A stretch of 64,000 nucleotides of DNA from contig OZ024760.1 in the NCBI GenBank assembly GCA_964016885.1, positions 27,094,001-27,158,000 on the forward strand, given 5' to 3'. The translations under genes were made by a program, and so were the position numbers. The DNA is from Eledone cirrhosa. Its lineage: Eukaryota. The notes beneath the pieces were generated by a model, which saw only the letters and a list, made by a program, of their open reading frames with translations, was not told the DNA's origin and did no database searches. Positions 43,054 to 57,420 of this stretch are shown piece after piece. The first letter of the stretch is position 1. Every line of letters starts with the position of its first letter.

Positions 43054-46000
43054 CCTGTACACAGCTAAGTATTCTATAAGTCTCTAGCTGTGTCATTCTC
43101 GATAAAAGCACTGGATATGTAGTCCTGATGAATTCTAACAAGAATGAAACGCGTAGATTACTTCCCTTGCTTTTATCGAGAATCTAATTGTAATACGTGA
43201 CGTATTCTATTCTATAGCGATTAGGTCTTCAAAATGTTTATTATAAACATACAGAATATTTTCGAATATTCTATGTCTATATTCACATATATATCGCTAT
43301 TTCAGAGCATTTATTCCAATTTCTAATTTCTGCCGGACCGGCAACCGCTCTTTCAAACCAGTTCCTGTACACAGCTAAGTATTCTATAAGTCTCTAGCTG
43401 TGTCATTCTCGATAAAAGCACTGGATATGTAGTCCTGATGAATTCTAACAAGAATGAAACGCGTAGATTACTTCCCTTGCTTTTATCGAGAATCTAATTG
43501 TAATACGTGACGTATTCTATTCTATAGCGATTAGGTCTTCAAAATGTTTATTATAAACATACAGAATATTTTCGAATATTCTATGTCTATATTCACATAT
43601 ATATCGCTATTTCAGAGCATTTATTCCAATTTCTAATTTCTGCCGGACCGGCAACCGCTCTTTCAAACCAGTTCCTGTACACAGCTAAGTATTCTATAAG
43701 TCTCTAGCTGTGTCATTCTCGATAAAAGCACTGGATATGTAGTCCTGATGAATTCTAACAAGAATGAAACGCGTAGATTACTTCCCTTGCTTTTATCGAG
43801 AATCTAATTGTAATACGTGACGTATTCTATTCTATAGCGATTAGGTCTTCAAAATGTTTATTATAAACATACAGAATATTTTCGAATATTCTATGTCTAT
43901 ATTCACATATATATCGCTATTTCAGAGCATTTATTCCAATTTCTAATTTCTGCCGGACCGGCAACCGCTCTTTCAAACCAGTTCCTGTACACAGCTAAGT
44001 ATTCTATAAGTCTCTAGCTGTGTCATTCTCGATAAAAGCACTGGATATGTAGTCCTGATGAATTCTAACAAGAATGAAACGCGTAGATTACTTCCCTTGC
44101 TTTTATCGAGAATCTAATTGTAATACGTGACGTATTCTATTCTATAGCGATTAGGTCTTCAAAATGTTTATTATAAACATACAGAATATTTTCGAATATT
44201 CTATGTCTATATTCACATATATATCGCTATTTCAGAGCATTTATTCCAATTTCTAATTTCTGCCGGACCGGCAACCGCTCTTTCAAACCAGTTCCTGTAC
44301 ACAGCTAAGTATTCTATAAGTCTCTAGCTGTGTCATTCTCGATAAAAGCACTGGATATGTAGTCCTGATGAATTCTAACAAGAATGAAACGCGTAGATTA
44401 CTTCCCTTGCTTTTATCGAGAATCTAATTGTAATACGTGACGTATTCTATTCTATAGCGATTAGGTCTTCAAAATGTTTATTATAAACATACAGAATATT
44501 TTCGAATATTCTATGTCTATATTCACATATATATCGCTATTTCAGAGCATTTATTCCAATTTCTAATTTCTGCCGGACCGGCAACCGCTCTTTCAAACCA
44601 GTTCCTGTACACAGCTAAGTATTCTATAAGTCTCTAGCTGTGTCATTCTCGATAAAAGCACTGGATATGTAGTCCTGATGAATTCTAACAAGAATGAAAC
44701 GCGTAGATTACTTCCCTTGCTTTTATCGAGAATCTAATTGTAATACGTGACGTATTCTATTCTATAGCGATTAGGTCTTCAAAATGTTTATTATAAACAT
44801 ACAGAATATTTTCGAATATTCTATGTCTATATTCACATATATATCGCTATTTCAGAGCATTTATTCCAATTTCTAATTTCTGCCGGACCGGCAACCGCTC
44901 TTTCAAACCAGTTCCTGTACACAGCTAAGTATTCTATAAGTCTCTAGCTGTGTCATTCTCGATAAAAGCACTGGATATGTAGTCCTGATGAATTCTAACA
45001 AGAATGAAACGCGTAGATTACTTCCCTTGCTTTTATCGAGAATCTAATTGTAATACGTGACGTATTCTATTCTATAGCGATTAGGTCTTCAAAATGTTTA
45101 TTATAAACATACAGAATATTTTCGAATATTCTATGTCTATATTCACATATATATCGCTATTTCAGAGCATTTATTCCAATTTCTAATTTCTGCCGGACCG
45201 GCAACCGCTCTTTCAAACCAGTTCCTGTACACAGCTAAGTATTCTATAAGTCTCTAGCTGTGTCATTCTCGATAAAAGCACTGGATATGTAGTCCTGATG
45301 AATTCTAACAAGAATGAAACGCGTAGATTACTTCCCTTGCTTTTATCGAGAATCTAATTGTAATACGTGACGTATTCTATTCTATAGCGATTAGGTCTTC
45401 AAAATGTTTATTATAAACATACAGAATATTTTCGAATATTCTATGTCTATATTCACATATATATCGCTATTTCAGAGCATTTATTCCAATTTCTAATTTC
45501 TGCCGGACCGGCAACCGCTCTTTCAAACCAGTTCCTGTACACAGCTAAGTATTCTATAAGTCTCTAGCTGTGTCATTCTCGATAAAAGCACTGGATATGT
45601 AGTCCTGATGAATTCTAACAAGAATGAAACGCGTAGATTACTTCCCTTGCTTTTATCGAGAATCTAATTGTAATACGTGACGTATTCTATTCTATAGCGA
45701 TTAGGTCTTCAAAATGTTTATTATAAACATACAGAATATTTTCGAATATTCTATGTCTATATTCACATATATATCGCTATTTCAGAGCATTTATTCCAAT
45801 TTCTAATTTCTGCCGGACCGGCAACCGCTCTTTCAAACCAGTTCCTGTACACAGCTAAGTATTCTATAAGTCTCTAGCTGTGTCATTCTCGATAAAAGCA
45901 CTGGATATGTAGTCCTGATGAATTCTAACAAGAATGAAACGCGTAGATTACTTCCCTTGCTTTTATCGAGAATCTAATTGTAATACGTGACGTATTCTAT

Positions 46001-46073
46001 TCTATAGCGATTAGGTCTTCAAAATGTTTATTATAAACATACAGAATATTTTCGAATATTCTATGTCTATATT
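43054..46073 (+). mobile_element. 310-bp hammerhead-containing tandem repeat (retrozyme-like), ~9.7 units, 10 ribozymes
   Basis: Each unit has GTAGTC CTGATGA ATTCT AACA AGAAT GAAA CGCG TA GATTAC; first core at 43125, last at 45915. Confidence 0.92.
43119..43161 (+). ncRNA. Type I minimal hammerhead ribozyme (representative copy); predicted cleavage after GUA at 43155
   Basis: Stem I GTAGTC/GATTAC, core CUGAUGA, stem II ATTCT/AGAAT, GAAA, palindromic stem III ACGCGT. Enclosed by the 16-bp helix ATTCTCGATAAAAGCA/TGCTTTTATCGAGAAT. Confidence 0.9.
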
Positions 46074-47550
<1,477 letters not shown>

Positions 47551-48393
47551 ATGCATTTTACATTCATTTCATTTATTGATTTATTGATAATTTATCTGAG
47601 TGGCCCGAATCTTCCATATCGAACTTTTCGGTTATTTGGTTGATTGTAGACATATTCTACGTGTGACGGTATTTTAACGATAGTTATAGCTCTAATTTAT
47701 TTGAATTATAGAGCCCTCTGCCGATCATCTCGAATTTTGTTTATCGTGAACTCGTGCGCCGATTTTTCGATACTCGATTATTCTACTATATTTAGCTCTG
47801 GACTTAGCTATTGACCAGTTAATTTTATTGTTCATTTTTTGTCGATTCTATTAAATGATGAATAGCCCCTGTTTATTTTAACATGTCTATTGAGCACTCT
47901 TATTCGATATGTGTTTTTGTCACATTTTTCCGAATATTTTTGCGGATATAAAGGTTATCTCCCTTGCTGAAATCCATGTGCGTATTTTTAGCCTGGGTCT
48001 TATCTTTTTATCCATTCGGACGAAGCTCGTTGATGAAGTAACTCCAGTCCCCCATTATCTGTAAGGCTTATATTTTTATATGAGCTGATAGATGACGGTT
48101 TAAGGATTTACAGAAACCCAAGAAGCTAGATATTCCATCTCTCTAGTGGGTCCGGGTATGCATTTTACATTCATTTCATTTATTGATTTATTGATAATTT
48201 ATCTGAGTGGCCCGAATCTTCCATATCGAACTTTTCGGTTATTTGGTTGATTGTAGACATATTCTACGTGTGACGGTATTTTAACGATAGTTATAGCTCT
48301 AATTTATTTGAATTATAGAGCCCTCTGCCGATCATCTCGAATTTTGTTTATCGTGAACTCGTGCGCCGATTTTTCGATACTCGATTATTCTAC

Positions 48394-48398
<5 letters not shown>
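47551..48398. repeat. Island with an ~240-bp direct terminal repeat (47551-47791 and 48158-48398; period 607)
   Basis: ATGCATTTTACATTCATTTC...GATTATTCTACTATAT occurs twice, apparently identical. Confidence 0.88.
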
Positions 48399-48424
<26 letters not shown>

Positions 48425-48425
48425 T

Positions 48426-48688
<263 letters not shown>

Positions 48689-48691
48689 ATT

Positions 48692-48722
<31 letters not shown>

Positions 48723-48867
48723 ATATATATTTATATATATATATATTTATATATATATATTTATATATATTTATATATATATATATTTATATATATATAT
48801 TTATATATATATATTTATATATATATATTTTTATATATATATTTATATATATATATATATATTTATA

Positions 48868-48918
<51 letters not shown>

Positions 48919-48935
48919 TTATATTTATATATATT

Positions 48936-49124
<189 letters not shown>

Positions 49125-49143
49125 ATTTATATATATATATATT

Positions 49144-49174
<31 letters not shown>

Positions 49175-49177
49175 ATT

Positions 49178-49244
<67 letters not shown>

Positions 49245-49287
49245 ATTTATATATATATATATTTATATATATATATTTATATATATT

Positions 49288-49336
<49 letters not shown>

Positions 49337-49462
49337 ATATGCAAAAGTTCTATTTAAAGTTGTTGGGATACAACAAGTAAATATTTTTATAAAGCACTCG
49401 ACAAATTTTTGGAGTAGATATACGATATTAATAAATGGAAACTATATTTATAAAACCATATT

Positions 49463-49527
49463 TATTTCATTATACATATTTCAGGGATACTACATTAAAT
49501 TATGGTATGCCTTCATCAGACAAAATA
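49463..49527 (-). ncRNA. Type I hammerhead motif (family H)
   Basis: Minus strand TATTTTGT CTGATGA AGGCATACC..TAGTATCCCT GAAA TATGTA TA ATGAAATA. Confidence 0.75.
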
Positions 49528-50359
49528 CAATATATAACAGTTTTACAAATAGGTTTGACGTACCCTTTTAAAATACAACCATTACTTTTCGAGGCTGTCT
49601 GGATAGTGATTTGTTTATATAATAAGTCATAGTGTTAAGCACAATTAGAAAAAGACGGAGAGAGAAAAGAACAAAGACGGAGAGAGAGAAAGAAAAGAGA
49701 AAGAAAACCTGGAGAAATATCGGAGAGAGAAATGTATGGAGAAAAGAAAGAGATAGATAAAGATAGGAGGAAATAAAAAAGAAAGAAAAGGAAGGAATAA
49801 GAAAAACAAAGGAAAGCAACAGAGAGATATCAAGTCATCATACAGAAAGAAAAACTCAAGAGAGAGAAATACTATATAGAGAGAGGAGGGGACAGTGACA
49901 ACTTTACGTCATGTCATATTAAGTTGAGTTAACAATTTATATGAAATGAATAATAAAAATATAAATATAAGTATCAATATTCATGAATGGGACATAGATA
50001 TATAATATGAGAAATTAAACATTGTTCAATAATGACCATATGTTTAGTTTAGAAACTTGAGATCAAAATCTGAGTTCAAAATGTACCCTTGCTATAGAGA
50101 TTAGTATTTTATGCAAAGACATACAAATATACATACATATAGATACGCACGTCCTGAAAATAGAAATTATGTTTACTCAAGCCAACAATATAGCCATACA
50201 AAACGTAAATTAAGAGAAATCATTTACGTTTTGTATGGCTATATTGGGAGTATTTTATCCTGGCTCCTTCTTTAACACATTACAGAGTCTACTGGGTGCA
50301 TTTTATCATGGCCCCAACACTACAGAGGTTGTTATATCCTCAGCCAGAATAAAAAACCC

Positions 50360-53300
50360 TCTTTTTTCGATTTTTTCATTTTTTCGATTTTTTCATTTTT
50401 TCATTTTTTCGAATTTTCGATTTTTTCATTTTTTTCATTTTTTCGATTTTTTTCATTTTTCGGAATTTTTCATTTTTTCATTATTTCGATTTTTTCATTT
50501 TTTCATGTTTTCATTTTTTCATTTTTTCGATTTTTTCATTTTTTCATTATCGATTTTTTTTCATTTTTTCGTTTTTTCGATTTTTCATTTTTTTAATTTT
50601 TCATTTTTTCAATTTTTTCGAATTTTTTCATTTTTTCTATTTTCCTATTTTTTCATTTTTTCATTTTTTCATTTTTTCGATTTTCATTTTTTCATTGTTT
50701 CATTGTTTCGATTTTTTCATTTTTTTATTTTTTCGAATTTTTCATTTTTTCTTTTCGATTTTTTCAATTTTTCGAATTTTTCATTTTTTCATTTTTTCGA
50801 TTTTTCGATTTCCATTATTTCATTATTTCATTTTTTTTTTATTTTTCATTTTTTCGATTTTTTCATTTTTTGGATTTTTTCGAATTTTCATTTTTTCATG
50901 TTTTCATTTTTTCATTTTTTCGATTTTTTCATTTTTTCATTATCGATTTTTTTTCATTTTTTCGTTTTTTCGATTTTTCATTTTTTTAATTTTTCATTTT
51001 TTCAATTTTTTCGAATTTTTTCATTTTTTCTATTTTCCTATTTTTTCATTTTTTCATTTTTTCATTTTTTCGATTTTCATTTTTTCATTGTTTCATTGTT
51101 TCGATTTTTTCATTTTTTTATTTTTTCGAATTTTTCATTTTTTCTTTTCGATTTTTTCAATTTTTCGATTTTCATTTTTTCATTGTTTCATTGTTTCGAT
51201 TTTTTCATTTTTTTATTTTTTCGAATTTTTCATTTTTTCTTTTCGATTTTTTCAATTTTTCGAATTTTTCATTTTTTCATTTTTTCGATTTTTCGATTTC
51301 CATTATTTCATTATTTCATTTTTTTTTTATTTTTCATTTTTTCGATTTTTTCATTTTTTGGATTTTTTCGAATTTTTCATTTTTTCGATTTTTCGATTTT
51401 TTCATTTTTTCATTTTTTCGATTTTTTTCATTTTTCGGAATTTTTCATTTTTTCATTATTTCGATTTTTTCATTTTTTCATGTTTTCATTTTTTCATTTT
51501 TTCGATTTTTTCATTTTTTCATTATCGATTTTTTTTCATTTTTTCGTTTTTTCGATTTTTCATTTTTTTAATTTTTCATTTTTTCAATTTTTTCGAATTT
51601 TTTCATTTTTTCTATTTTCCTATTTTTTCATTTTTTCATTTTTTCATTTTTTCGATTTTCATTTTTTCATTGTTTCATTGTTTCGATTTTTTCATTTTTT
51701 TATTTTTTCGAATTTTTCATTTTTTCTTTTCGATTTTTTCAATTTTTCGAATTTTTCATTTTTTCATTTTTTCGATTTTTCGATTTCCATTATTTCATTA
51801 TTTCATTTTTTTTTTATTTTTCATTTTTTCGATTTTTTCATTTTTTGGATTTTTTCGAATTTTTCATTTTTTCGATTTTTCGATTTTTTCATTTTTTCAT
51901 TTTTTCGATTTTTTTCATTTTTCGGAATTTTTCATTTTTTCATTATTTCGATTTTTTCATTTTTTCATGTTTTCATTTTTTCATTTTTTCGATTTTTTCA
52001 TTTTTTCATTATCGATTTTTTTTCATTTTTTCGTTTTTTCGATTTTTCATTTTTTTAATTTTTCATTTTTTCAATTTTTTCGAATTTTTTCATTTTTTCT
52101 ATTTTCCTATTTTTTCATTTTTTCATTTTTTCATTTTTTCGATTTTCATTTTTTCATTGTTTCATTGTTTCGATTTTTTCATTTTTTTATTTTTTCGAAT
52201 TTTTCATTTTTTCTTTTCGATTTTTTCAATTTTTCGAATTTTTCATTTTTTCATTTTTTCGATTTTTCGATTTCCATTATTTCATTATTTCATTTTTTTT
52301 TTATTTTTCATTTTTTCGATTTTTTCATTTTTTGGATTTTTTCGAATTTTTCATTTTTTCGATTTTTCGATTTTTTCATTTTTTCATTTTTTCGATTTTT
52401 TTCATTTTTCGGAATTTTTCATTTTTTCATTATTTCGATTTTTTCATTTTTTCATGTTTTCATTTTTTCATTTTTTCGATTTTTTCATTTTTTCATTATC
52501 GATTTTTTTTCATTTTTTCGTTTTTTCGATTTTTCATTTTTTTAATTTTTCATTTTTTCAATTTTTTCGAATTTTTTCATTTTTTCTATTTTCCTATTTT
52601 TTCATTTTTTCATTTTTTCATTTTTTCGATTTTCATTTTTTCATTGTTTCATTGTTTCGATTTTTTCATTTTTTTATTTTTTCGAATTTTTCATTTTTTC
52701 TTTTCGATTTTTTCAATTTTTCGAATTTTTCATTTTTTCATTTTTTCGATTTTTCGATTTCCATTATTTCATTATTTCATTTTTTTTTTATTTTTCATTT
52801 TTTCGATTTTTTCATTTTTTGGATTTTTTCGAATTTTTCATTTTTTCGATTTTTCGATTTTTTCATTTTTTCATTTTTTCGATTTTTATTTTTTAATCTT
52901 TTCATTTTTTCGATTTTTCGATTTTTTCATTTTATTTTTTCAATTTTTTGATTTTTTCGAATTTTTCATTTTTTCGATTTTTTCATTTTTTTCATTTTTT
53001 CGAATTTTTCATTTTTTCATTTTTTCAATTTTTTTCATTTTTTCATTTCGATTTTTTCATTTTTTCATTTTTTCGTTTTTTCGATTTTTCATTTTTTCAT
53101 TTTTTTCGAATTTTTCATTTTTTCGATTTTTCGATTTTCATTTTTTCATTTTTTCATTTTTTTGATTTTTTTCGAATTTTTCATTTTTTCGATTTTTCGA
53201 ATTTTTCATTTTTTCTTTTCGATTTTTTTCAATTTTCCATTTTTTCGATTTTTCGATTTTTTAATTTTTTAATTTTTTCGATTTTCATTTTTTCATTTTT

Positions 53301-53830
53301 TCAATTTTTCGATTTTTTCATCTTTTCATTTTTTCGAATTTTTCATTTTTTCATTATTTCGATTTTTTTCATTTTTTCATTATTTCGATTTTTTTCATTT
53401 TTTCATTTTTTCATTTTTTCATTTTTTCATTTTTTCATTTTTTCGATTTTTCATTTTTTTTCAATTTTTCATTTTTTTCATTTTTTCGAATTTTTCATTT
53501 TTTCATTGTTTCGATTTTTTCGATTTTTTTCATTTTTTCGAATTTTTCATTTTTTCTTTTCGATTTTTAGATTTTTTTCAATTTTTCATTTTTTCGATTT
53601 TTCGATTTCCATTATTTCATTATTTCATTTTTTTATTTTTCATTTTTTCATTTTTTCGAATTTTACATTTTTTCATTTCGATTTTTTTCATTTTTTCATT
53701 TTTTCGAATTTTTCATTTTTTCATTTTTTCATTTCGATATTTTCAATTTTTCATTTTTTCGATTTTTTTCATTCTTTCATTTCGATTTTTTTCATTTTTT
53801 CATGTTTTCATTATTTCGATTTTTTCAATT
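50360..53830. repeat. T-rich satellite (TTTTTCA/TTTTTCGA monomers) with a 487-bp higher-order repeat
   Basis: Landmarks (TTCGGAAT, TTCCTATT, TTGGATT) recur, and identical pseudo-ORF ends at 51571, 52058 and 52545 give a period of 487. Confidence 0.9.
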
Positions 53831-56400
53831 TTTCGCTACTCCATATAATATTTCTGGATCAGATGACTATATATCATAATTGATCTGGTTCAGTTGAAAC
53901 ACCCTCCAGTGTAAACGTTCTTAACCGAAAAGCCCAGGCTTTGGTTAAGGACTTGCATCTGGATAGATTTACCCACCCTTATGTACCAACAACCCCGAGG
54001 TTCTCTCTGAAGGATCACAAGCCAAACTTTATAGAGAACCCATCTATTAGACTCATAAGCCCAACCACATCTGACCTGGGCCGCATCAGTAAGAACATCC
54101 TTGATAGGATAATCCCTGGGCTACGGGATGATACCACCTACAAGTTGTGGTCCAACACTGGCCAAGTCATTAGATGGTTCTCCGATCTAAGGTCCAAGCA
54201 ATCTATGAGGTTCATCCAATTTGACATAGACAGCTATTACGCGTCAATAACCCCGGAACTGCTCAACAAAGCATTAGCCCTAGCCACCACCAACTCAGAC
54301 ATAACCAATAATGAGATTAACATCATATTTATGGCTAGGCAGACTATCATTGAATTCAACGGAGCACTCTGGACTAGAAAAGATAGAACAGACAACTTTG
54401 ACATTACGATGGGCTCAAGTGACTCCGCGCAAACCACCGATTTAGTTGGGATTTACCTATTACGTAACATCAGAGCCGAAATCCAACCCATGCAAAGCGG
54501 AATATAAAGGGACGACGCCCTATTTGCAGTCCACAATTGCACTAATCGGGGAATTGATTTGCTAAAGAAACAATTACATAGATTCTTAAAAAATAACGGT
54601 CTCTCTATCACCATCGAGCCGAACCATAAAGTAGTAAACTTCCTAGACGTCACCCTGGATCTCAACAATAACCTATAAACCAGGTGAAATACTCACATAT
54701 ATTAGCCCACACTCTAACCACCCACCGGCAGTCATCAGAGCAGTAATCAAATCTATCTCTTATAGGATCTCAATGCTATCAGCAAATGAGGAGATATTTA
54801 TAAACCACGCACAATATTATAATAAGGCTCTCTCTGAATCTGGTTATAAACAATCAAGTTATTACATACCTAAATGCCATAACACAGCAATTCACCATAA
54901 TAAACTTAACACTAGAACTAGAAATACCTTAGCATATAACCAGATTCGCCAGAATTTTAGCAGTAACAGCACCTATACAGGGAACTTTAATGGTGGCAGC
55001 GGCCGGCTCCCCACTCCAAGTAGCAAACTAAAAATCAACCCTAGAATAGGAATGAGAAATGGGATGACAAATAACAAATCCCCAGGTAATAATAACCCTA
55101 GGAAGGCCCCTACCAACTCCACTAGAACCCCTAGAAGGAATAGACCTAGAAATATCACCTGGCTTAACGCCCCATTCTCATCTAATCTAGCCACTAATAT
55201 CCCCAAACGCTTCTTCTCTATCCTATCTAACCCCCCCCCCCCACCATAGATATTACAAACTCTTTAATAAAAATAACATTAAAATCTCATTCTCCACAAC
55301 ACCTAACCTAGCTAGCCACATCGCGTTCAGTAACCATCATAAACTAAGACAGTATATCTCCCACACCGCGGTACCACCACCCCTATCAAATACACCACGC
55401 CACTACACCAATAATTACTCTAGTAGAACACCTCCCCCATCTAATCCTTCTAGCACGGACCAACTGCTTAGGTTAAACAACCCTACTCTCACTAACCGCA
55501 GAAGTAACTGCATCTCCCGTTACCCCAATGCATGCCCATTAAATGGACACTGCCTGACACCCAACATAGTCTATACGTGCACGGTTAAGACTGCTTCGAA
55601 TACCAGCTCTTATATCGGGTCTACCTCTAACCCTTTTAAGGAACGCTATAACGCGCACTCTTTTTCCTTCCGAGACCCTAGCAACAGATGTTCGACATCG
55701 CTAGCTAGGCTCATTAAAAACCTTAAATTAAACAACGCTCAACACTCACTAAAATGGGATATCGTGGCTAGGGCCCAACCGTTCAATGTATTACGGAAGC
55801 ATATTACATAACTCTATCACGACCTCTACCGATTAACGATAGAACGGAGGTAACTATTAGCTGTCAACATCGAAGGGCTAATTCCTTCGCCAATAGAATT
55901 TTTGACCCAACTTAGTCATGTAGCCCCATTTCTACTTGTAGCTAATAAGTTAAATTGCTATGAACAACTCGATAATTATAAGTTACCTCCCCTACATTGT
56001 CTCTCAATTAAAAAAAATTTAAAAATTAGCACTTAACTATAAACACCCACAATTACTAATCTCTCGAGAAGTTACTTCCCCTGAAACCACCCTCTAATTA
56101 GTAAGGTAAATATGCACTTTGGCAGCCATCTTGTTACCCATAGGCAGATCTCACACAATGCAGCCTCGACAGATTATGGCTGACAACTGATGCAACCAAG
56201 ACACCATAGTAAAAACCAATATATGGAACATTATATTAAGTAACATTATATCATTATTTTAATCTATATTCCTTTGAAGTTCCGATGAGCCGCTCTGTCT
56301 TTTAAATATGTTAATTATTTTCAACTGAACCAGATCAATTATGATATATAGTTATCTGATCCAGAAATATTATATGGAGTAGCGAAACAATTGTAAACGG
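53831..56400 (+). mobile_element. Penelope-like retroelement (RT + C-terminal GIY-YIG; Naiad-like motifs), 5'-truncated with an inverted partial pLTR, inactivated
   Basis: LKDHKPNF, RLISP, FIQFDI, FDITMGS, GI*RDD (YRDD mutated to a stop), VNFLDVTLDL, HSNHPP, CPLNGHCL..IVY..YIGSTSNPFKERY. 53831-53899 is the reverse complement of 56319-56387. Confidence 0.9.
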
Positions 56401-56763
56401 ACATTATTATTATTAATATTATTATTATTATTCTCTACATTCCTTACATCAAACTAAAATATATTGACAATCTTTTAATAATGTCTTCCTTGTGAAATTT
56501 GTGGTCTTGTTGTGCTTAAGTAATGAATATATATATATAATTATATATATATATTTCGTTTCTGAATTTGTTTAGCAAGATCCTTTATCTGAAAACGTCT
56601 GTTGAAACCGATATTGTTATACTTTGGGAGGGTCATGTTGCCAATAAAAAACACACGCACCAGTTGCTTTCACTTCAATTTATTATAATAAATTTATAAA
56701 TTTAGGAATTTATAAATTTCCGGTTTGTTGGTTGGTTCCACAACCGGATGATTGTTTATATAT

Positions 56764-56807
56764 TGTCAAAGTTCTTTCGTCACACATTCTGTGACCTCTT
56801 CAGTGAC
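56764..56807 (-). ncRNA. Type I hammerhead motif in a pLTR-like element
   Basis: Minus strand GTCA CTGAAGA G GTCAC AGAATGT GTGAC GAAA GAAC TT TGAC. Confidence 0.72.
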
Positions 56808-56922
56808 TGGGGATTCTTTTCTTTGTTTTTGTAATAATAAATTGAAGTGAAAGCAACTGGTGCGTGTGTTTCTTATTGGCAACATGACCCTCCCAAAATA
56901 TAACAATATATATATATATATA

Positions 56923-57004
<82 letters not shown>

Positions 57005-57024
57005 TATATATATATATATATATA

Positions 57025-57060
<36 letters not shown>

Positions 57061-57080
57061 TATATATATATATATATATA

Positions 57081-57139
<59 letters not shown>

Positions 57140-57181
57140 ATTATATATATATATATAATTATATATATATATATATATATA

Positions 57182-57249
<68 letters not shown>

Positions 57250-57420
57250 TATATATATATATATAATTATATATATATATATATATATTATTATATATAT
57301 ATATAATTATATATATATATATAATTATATATATTTATATATATAATTATATATATATATATTATTATATATATATATAATTATATATATATATATAATT
57401 ATATATATATATATAATTAT

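Noticed and set aside
41234-46073. 310-bp unit as a 5S rRNA, snRNA or spliced-leader array
   Set aside because: No recognisable 5S, Sm-site or tRNA features; the hammerhead explains the conserved structure.
50235-53883. Phe-rich 300-600 aa ORFs
   Set aside because: Read-through of the T-rich satellite in all three frames.
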